In this document: piece by piece, positions 58,581 through 64,000 of the stretch
Numbering within the stretch: the stretch's first letter is position 1
Layout of the letters: every line of letters begins with the position of its first letter
Source of the DNA: Gammaproteobacteria bacterium
GTDB lineage: Bacteria; Pseudomonadota; Gammaproteobacteria; G965277405
Length of the DNA: 64,000 bases
Direction: 5' to 3'
NCBI GenBank assembly: GCA_965277405.1
Contig: OZ255726.1
Coordinates: 1,636,580 to 1,700,579 of the forward strand
The notes under the pieces: generated by a model
Seen by the model: only the letters and a program-made list of their open reading frames with translations
Told to the model about the DNA's origin: nothing
Databases searched by the model: none
Position numbers and translations under genes: made by a program

Positions 58581-59237
58581 ATGCAATTACAATCTCAGAC
58601 TACGGTTCGGGCAACAACGCTCACAACGAATAAGGTTATTCGCAATACCTATATGCTGTTATCTACGACGTTAATTTTTAGCGCAATAACGGCGACGTTT
58701 AGCACCATCATGCAAGTCCAACAAGTAAACATTTTTGTATTCTTAATTGGAGCATATGGCTTGATGTTCTTAACGTCGCGTTTGCAAAATAGCCCATGGG
58801 GCCTTGCATGCGTATTTGGTTTCACGGGTTTTCTTGGGTATACCTTAGGACCTTTGCTCAATATGTATTTGGCAATTCCCAGTGGTGGTGAAACGATTGC
58901 TATGGCGCTGGGAATGACTGGTGTAATCTTCTTAGGTTTGAGTGGCTATGCGCTAACAACACGCAAAGACTTTAGCTTTTTAAGTGGGTTTTTATTTGCA
59001 GGGGTATTGGTGTTGATATTGGCAATGGTTGTCGGGATGTTTACGAATATCCCAGGGTTACATTTGGCTATTTCTGTTGGCTTTGTGTTGTTTTCAAGTG
59101 CTGCTATTTTGTATCAAACCAGCCAAATGATTCATGATCCTAATGCAAATTACATCATGATGACAATTGGTTTATATACCCAGATCTACAATTTGTTTGT
59201 TAGCTTGCTCTACATACTAGGTGCAACCAGAGATTAA
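58581..59237 (+). CDS. Bax inhibitor-1/YccA-family membrane protein
   Basis: About 7 TM segments. N-terminus ..NKVIRNTYMLLSTTLIFSAITA and a C-terminus typical of BI-1 proteins. GGAGA lies upstream of the ATG at 58581. Confidence 0.85.
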   Translation: MQLQSQTTVRATTLTTNKVIRNTYMLLSTTLIFSAITATFSTIMQVQQVNIFVFLIGAYGLMFLTSRLQNSPWGLACVFGFTGFLGYTLGPLLNMYLAIPSGGETIAMALGMTGVIFLGLSGYALTTRKDFSFLSGFLFAGVLVLILAMVVGMFTNIPGLHLAISVGFVLFSSAAILYQTSQMIHDPNANYIMMTIGLYTQIYNLFVSLLYILGATRD

Positions 59238-59437
59238 GGGTTTCAATAAAACACTGGAATTTGCTGGTTTTTTTATTGGCAATGGATGTTTAATCCTGCA
59301 TTGTTGTCTGCTATAATTTATTAAAAATATATTGCAAAAACCAAGCATCGCGAGCAACTCTTTCAATAATAAAATGTGTGTAAATAACAACAATACATTG
59401 TTTTTGCTAAAGTCAGTAGTTTCTTATAGACAGTACA

Positions 59438-60124
59438 ATGTTCACATTACAAATTTCAATTTTACGCTGGGGGGTTGCACACACTGCCGTTGTTATAACA
59501 ATGCTGTTAGGCGCAACCGTATCGCGGGCAGCAAATATTGAAGGTGCGGTAGAGAATGTCGGTGGCGGTATTGCGGTTGTTGCCTCACATAGCGCAGCTG
59601 GGTTGAGCAATACAGGTTTCCCAACACATCTTTTCATCCAGGGTGCTAATAATTTAATACGGGTGGAATATTTAAAGTATGGTACATATTCCAGTACGGC
59701 TAGTGCCAGCACAGATTATCAAAACGAAGCAGTACTGGGGTATGCAAACTTTGAATATTTATTGCGTGCGCGTAGAGGCTCAATTTTGGGGAGAACAAAA
59801 CTGTATGGATCGGTTGGTCTTGGGCTATTTCGTTCTACAGTAACAAACTTTAGTTCTACAGCAGTAAACCCTGGGCTAATTAACTTCTCAAATGTCCAGC
59901 ACAATAAATCAGATTATAATATTGGTTTTACTGTTGCAGGCGGTATGCGTTATTTTCTTGACCCGAAATTTTTTATTGGTGGTGAAATAAAATATTTGAA
60001 TGCATACATTCAATATGATAAAGGAACTGTGTCAAAACGTGATATTGGCGGAATATTCTTCAATGTATTACTCGGCTACCGGTTATCAAGCAGTGCTGAT
60101 GTCAGTCAAAAAGTTGATACGTAA
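59438..60124 (+). CDS. putative outer-membrane beta-barrel protein
   Basis: Signal peptide ..TVSRAANIEG. Alternating beta-strand pattern with aromatic girdle residues (GGMRYFLDPKFFIGGEIKYL). No family is certain. Confidence 0.5.
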   Translation: MFTLQISILRWGVAHTAVVITMLLGATVSRAANIEGAVENVGGGIAVVASHSAAGLSNTGFPTHLFIQGANNLIRVEYLKYGTYSSTASASTDYQNEAVLGYANFEYLLRARRGSILGRTKLYGSVGLGLFRSTVTNFSSTAVNPGLINFSNVQHNKSDYNIGFTVAGGMRYFLDPKFFIGGEIKYLNAYIQYDKGTVSKRDIGGIFFNVLLGYRLSSSADVSQKVDT

Positions 60125-60184
60125 CATTAAGCAGTACATCCATACAATGCTGGTATCATCCATCCATCGTACAGTTCTTGTAGC

Positions 60185-61639
60185 ATGCAGCGACGCATCC
60201 GTCGAGTAGCGAGTCATAAGTTTATTGGTGATCTAGATACCGCGCTGACATCGTATATTAAAATAGCGAATACCAAGAACAGCTTTATATTTGAATCGTT
60301 GCAAGGTGGCGAGTTATGGGGACGGTATTCATTTATAGGTCTGCCCAGCAGTGAATTTATTACGGTTACCTGCGGCGTACTCAACCATCAAGCTGGAACA
60401 CAAACTGTGTATGCAGGCAAGCACAATGATCCCTTTGCATACATCGAAAAATTCATAGATAGTTGGGTTATAGAAACTGATGAAGCGCTGCCAAAGTTTG
60501 CTGGCGGGCTTGTTGGCTATATTGGCTACGACTGCATCGGTTATATAGAAAAAAAATTACTCAGCCAACTGCAAAAACCTGACACGGTTGGCGTGCCTGA
60601 TATTTTTTTGCTGGTGTGTGAAGAGTTATTGGTTATTGATAACATCAGCCATACACATCAGTTCATAAAATTATATAACCCTGAGTTGATAGATCATAGT
60701 CAAGCGGCAGCAACCTTGCATGGATATGAAGCGCAAATGGTCAAAAGCTCGGTTTGCTACACTGATTTTGCTACCTTGCAATATAGTAATGCCAGCATTT
60801 CACCAGAAGATGTACACGCGACCAGCGATTTTAGTGAACATGACTATAAAGCGGCGGTCGAAATAATAAAAAAACACATTCAAGCTGGTGATGTAATGCA
60901 AGGGCTACCATCACAGCGGATGGCAATTCCATGGCGTACCAATCCCATTCAGTTATACCGTGCATTGCGATTTATCAACCCATCACCGTATATGTATTAC
61001 ATCAACTTTGGTGATTTTAGCGTTGTTGGTGCAACACCTGAAGTATTGGTGCGTTGTCAAGATAATCAGGTGGTGATTCGCCCCATTGCAGGCACAAGAC
61101 CGCGTGGTGCAACTCCAGCCGCAGATATAGCTATGGAACAAGAGTTATTGGCAGACCCCAAGGAGCTTGCTGAACATACTATGCTGATTGATTTAGCTCG
61201 TAACGATGTTGGCAAGGTCGCAAAGATAGGTAGCGTGCTGGTGACTGACACCATGTTCATCGAGCGCTATTCGCATGTGATGCATATTGTCTCAAGTGTT
61301 AGCGGTAGATTACGGGCAGATACTTCGACGATAGCTGTGTTGCAAGCGGCATTTCCAGCAGGAACGCTGAGCGGTACTCCTAAAGTCCGTGCGATGGAAA
61401 TCATCAATGAAATTGAACCATATAAACGCGGTATCTATGGTGGTTGTGTTGGCTTTTTAGGGTGGAATCAGAGCCTGGAGATGGCAATTGCAATTCGTAC
61501 TGCGATTATTAAAGACGGTATGTTATATATTCAAGCAGGCGGTGGGATTGTTGCAGATTCTGACGCTGAAAATGAATGGCAAGAAACCTTAAACAAACGC
61601 AAAGCGATGTTTCAAGCTGTGAAAATGTGTAATTTTTAA
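60185..61639 (+). CDS. trpE: anthranilate synthase component I
   Basis: FIFESLQGGELWGRYSFIG (LLES-type feedback region), GTLSGTPKVRAMEII and GGGIVADSD. Confidence 0.92.
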   Translation: MQRRIRRVASHKFIGDLDTALTSYIKIANTKNSFIFESLQGGELWGRYSFIGLPSSEFITVTCGVLNHQAGTQTVYAGKHNDPFAYIEKFIDSWVIETDEALPKFAGGLVGYIGYDCIGYIEKKLLSQLQKPDTVGVPDIFLLVCEELLVIDNISHTHQFIKLYNPELIDHSQAAATLHGYEAQMVKSSVCYTDFATLQYSNASISPEDVHATSDFSEHDYKAAVEIIKKHIQAGDVMQGLPSQRMAIPWRTNPIQLYRALRFINPSPYMYYINFGDFSVVGATPEVLVRCQDNQVVIRPIAGTRPRGATPAADIAMEQELLADPKELAEHTMLIDLARNDVGKVAKIGSVLVTDTMFIERYSHVMHIVSSVSGRLRADTSTIAVLQAAFPAGTLSGTPKVRAMEIINEIEPYKRGIYGGCVGFLGWNQSLEMAIAIRTAIIKDGMLYIQAGGGIVADSDAENEWQETLNKRKAMFQAVKMCNF

Positions 61640-61657
61640 GAATGCAGACAGTTATGC

Positions 61658-61958
61658 CTAAGGAAGCTCTGATTAACTCGCTGATGGAGCGAGTTTGCCT
61701 GCAATTGTTGATGATTGCAAGGCGCAAACCTCTAAGCGCATGCCGTAGCATATACGCCAAAGGATGCAACACAGCAAGTACTGCTGCAGCAAACCCAAAG
61801 TATATTCAGCACAACGACTGGAAAAAAGCGGTACTAACGTCGTTGCAGCACTTGGCAGCACCCACAAGACCACCAATATTATCTGCGCACTGCGTCTAGT
61901 TATCATCAGCGTTTTTTCTCCGTCTCGCCCGTCATGGACTTAATCAGAGATTCCCTAA
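61658..61958 (-). mobile_element. RE295 element, near-full copy 15
   Basis: CTAAGGAAGCTCTGATTAACTCGCTGATGGAGCGAGTTTGCC ... CGCCCGTCATGGACTTAATCAGAGATTCCCTAA, with CTAA on both flanks. Confidence 0.9.
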
Positions 61959-61996
61959 CGCTAGCACGTGTTGCTATTGCGCGTATTACTATCTGG

Positions 61997-62569
61997 TTAT
62001 AAATGACTTGCGACAAAATCCCAATCTATTAAATTCCAAAACGCCTGGATGTACAAAGGACGAGCATTGCGGTAATCAATGTAGTAGGCGTGCTCCCAAA
62101 CATCACAAGCAATAAGTACCGTATGGTTGTGTTTGATTGGCGTATCAGCATTACTGGTGCTGGTTATTTTTAACTTGCCGTCTTCTTCAATCAACCATAC
62201 CCACCCTGAACCAAAAACGGTAATGGCTGTATTGTTGAATTGTTCCTTAAATTGTTCAAACGAGCCAAATTCAGTTGCTATGCGCTTAGCAAAAATCCCT
62301 GTTGGCGCGCCGCCGCCAGCTGGGCTGAGACAATGCCAATAAAATGCATGGTTCCACATTTGTGCAGCGTTGTTAAATAAGCCGCCATCGGCCTTGTGGA
62401 TGATGGCTTCAAGGGTGAGATGCTCGTCATCAGACCCAGCAACGAGTTTGTTGAGATTGTTGACGTATGTTTGGTGATGTTTGCCATAATGATAATCTAG
62501 AGTTTCGGTAGAAATATGCGGTTGTAATGCATCTCGGCTGTAAGGAAGTGGGGGGAGTGTAAAAGCCAT
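61997..62569 (-). CDS. sodB: Fe superoxide dismutase
   Basis: AFTLPPLPY, HYGKHHQTYV and DVWEHAYY. 190 aa. Confidence 0.95.
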   Translation of the reverse strand: MAFTLPPLPYSRDALQPHISTETLDYHYGKHHQTYVNNLNKLVAGSDDEHLTLEAIIHKADGGLFNNAAQMWNHAFYWHCLSPAGGGAPTGIFAKRIATEFGSFEQFKEQFNNTAITVFGSGWVWLIEEDGKLKITSTSNADTPIKHNHTVLIACDVWEHAYYIDYRNARPLYIQAFWNLIDWDFVASHL

Positions 62570-62673
62570 GATTAATCCTAAGTTACAGTGGTAAATGTGC
62601 CAACATTAACCCAATGTGGCAGGTGTACAGTATACAATCGTTGTGAATTTGCTCATCCTCTTGTTACTGTATT

Positions 62674-63462
62674 ATGACTAGACCAACAATCAACCCAGCT
62701 GGAGACAATACCTCGTTACGTCCAGCACCTCGGCAAACGAAAACAACATCAACTGGGGGCAATATTTTTCTATTTTTATTGATTATTGCGCTAGGTATTG
62801 TTGCTGTTTGGCAATATCTACAGCTTGATGCTTATCGGTTGAGTAATGAGCGACGCAATCTCGTGTATGAAGTCAATCTTAACAGAATATTAGATGGATT
62901 AAAAATTACTGGTAAAAGTTTTGATGAAATAGGACAAGAACGCCGTACGCGCAGTGATTTTATTGATGATGAAATCCGTAAATTGTGGGCAGTCGCCAAT
63001 AAACGCAATAAAGGCAACATAGCCTTGCTACAAAAATCCATAACTCGGCTTGATGCTGAAAATGCGCAGCAAAGTGATGATTTTTTTAAAAAAATAAACG
63101 CCGTGTTGGCACAAACCAAGGCTAATACAAAGTCAATAACCGGCCTGGGTGAAATCACGGCAAATAACACCACCACATTAACCGATAACTTGTTGACGAT
63201 TCGCAGCGAGGCAGAAGCTGATAGAAATGAGTTACGCCTGTTAGTTGTTGAAAATTCCAAGTTAATCTCAAAAGTGCAGTCATTAGATAGGGTCAATGAG
63301 CATATCGCAAAAATGCAAAAATCGGTTGATTCAGTCAACGCGCAGCGCCGGTCAAGTAATAGCAGAATTATCGAATTGCGCCAAGAAGTAACGTTGCTAA
63401 AGGCGCGGCTGAATGCTATAGAAAATTCACAACCATTTCCCAGTGTGAATGTAGCGCAATAA
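62674..63462 (+). CDS. hypothetical membrane-anchored coiled-coil protein
   Basis: One TM segment (IFLFLLIIALGIVAVW) followed by about 210 aa of heptad-like, charged sequence. No family recognised. Confidence 0.45.
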   Translation: MTRPTINPAGDNTSLRPAPRQTKTTSTGGNIFLFLLIIALGIVAVWQYLQLDAYRLSNERRNLVYEVNLNRILDGLKITGKSFDEIGQERRTRSDFIDDEIRKLWAVANKRNKGNIALLQKSITRLDAENAQQSDDFFKKINAVLAQTKANTKSITGLGEITANNTTTLTDNLLTIRSEAEADRNELRLLVVENSKLISKVQSLDRVNEHIAKMQKSVDSVNAQRRSSNSRIIELRQEVTLLKARLNAIENSQPFPSVNVAQ

Positions 63463-63482
63463 ATAATACGGCAAAGAAAAAA

Positions 63483-64000
63483 TTATTCGTTGCCAAATAC
63501 AGAAGCAACGTTATGAATAATCATCGGGTCTGGTTTTTGCAACAGTTCTTCATTTTTATTGGAATACGGCAAGCGTGTCAGTAAGTCACGCATACAGTTT
63601 ATTCTGGCGCGTTTTTTATCATCAGATTTGACAACAATCCAAGGTGCTTTTTCAGTGTCTGTTTGATGAAATAACGCCTCTTTGGCTTGGGTATATTTAT
63701 CCCATAGTCTGATTGAGCTTTTATCAATATCACTCAATTTCCATTGTTTCAATGGATCATCAGCGCGTTTTTGAAACCGTTCCGCTTGTTCTTGTTTGGT
63801 TACTGAGAACCAATATTTGTAAATACGAATACCTGAATCAACCCACATTTCTTCAATTATCGCAACTGTCGACATAAATTGTTGGTGTTCTTCGTCGGTA
63901 CAAAAGCCCATAACTCGCTCTACCCCAGCGCGGTTATACCATGAACGGTCAAATAATACTATTTCCCCGCTAGTTGGGAAGTGTTGTACATAGCGTTGAA
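63483..64000 (-). CDS. ppk2: polyphosphate kinase 2, 5' end beyond window
   Basis: The frame is open to the window end. ..FPTSGEIVLFDRSWYNRAGVERVMGF.. and ..KQWKLSDIDKSS..WDKYT are typical PPK2. Confidence 0.88.
   Translation of the reverse strand, partial: QRYVQHFPTSGEIVLFDRSWYNRAGVERVMGFCTDEEHQQFMSTVAIIEEMWVDSGIRIYKYWFSVTKQEQAERFQKRADDPLKQWKLSDIDKSSIRLWDKYTQAKEALFHQTDTEKAPWIVVKSDDKKRARINCMRDLLTRLPYSNKNEELLQKPDPMIIHNVASVFGNE

Overview
Hand annotation only: no database search was run, repeat ends are about +/-5 bp, and all similarity statements are by eye. The window looks like a moderately AT-rich gammaproteobacterial chromosome segment made mostly of housekeeping genes: pgi, gloB, cysS, selO, aapJQMP, rho, glnS, ileS, tRNA-Leu-tig-clpP-clpX-lon-hupB-ppiD, comF, comM, yggT, hisZ-purA-prfB, zapE, ung, rpsA-ihfB-lapA, lpxH, trpE, sodB and ppk2. 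Three things stand out. (1) A non-coding element of about 295 bp with terminal inverted repeats (working name RE295) is present as at least 11 near-full and at least 12 partial or solo-end copies. That is roughly 4 kb, or 6-7% of the window by hand tally. Copies sit almost exactly on gene 3' ends and supply the stop codon or last residues of about ten genes. Two in-window empty-site comparisons support real mobility with a TTA(G)/CTAA-type target. (2) A 7-kb accessory cluster (44868-51754) encodes five exported proteins. They are LPP20-like lipoproteins, a 958-aa lipoprotein with seven near-identical WD40 blades plus a C-terminal caspase (C14) fold with an intact His/Cys dyad, a DUF4384-like lipoprotein, and a secreted transglutaminase-like protein. 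The cluster is bracketed by RE295 termini. I know of no described function for this gene set, and it is my best candidate for a novel system. (3) There are clear signs of genome decay and rearrangement. These include a truncated yghU-like GST, a pstS-like pseudogene, a frameshifted AlaDH/PNT-family gene, IS5-type and rve-type transposase remnants, a Dak-like remnant, and a 1.4-kb segmental duplication (selO 3' tail plus aapJ). No CRISPR array, rRNA or prophage was seen.
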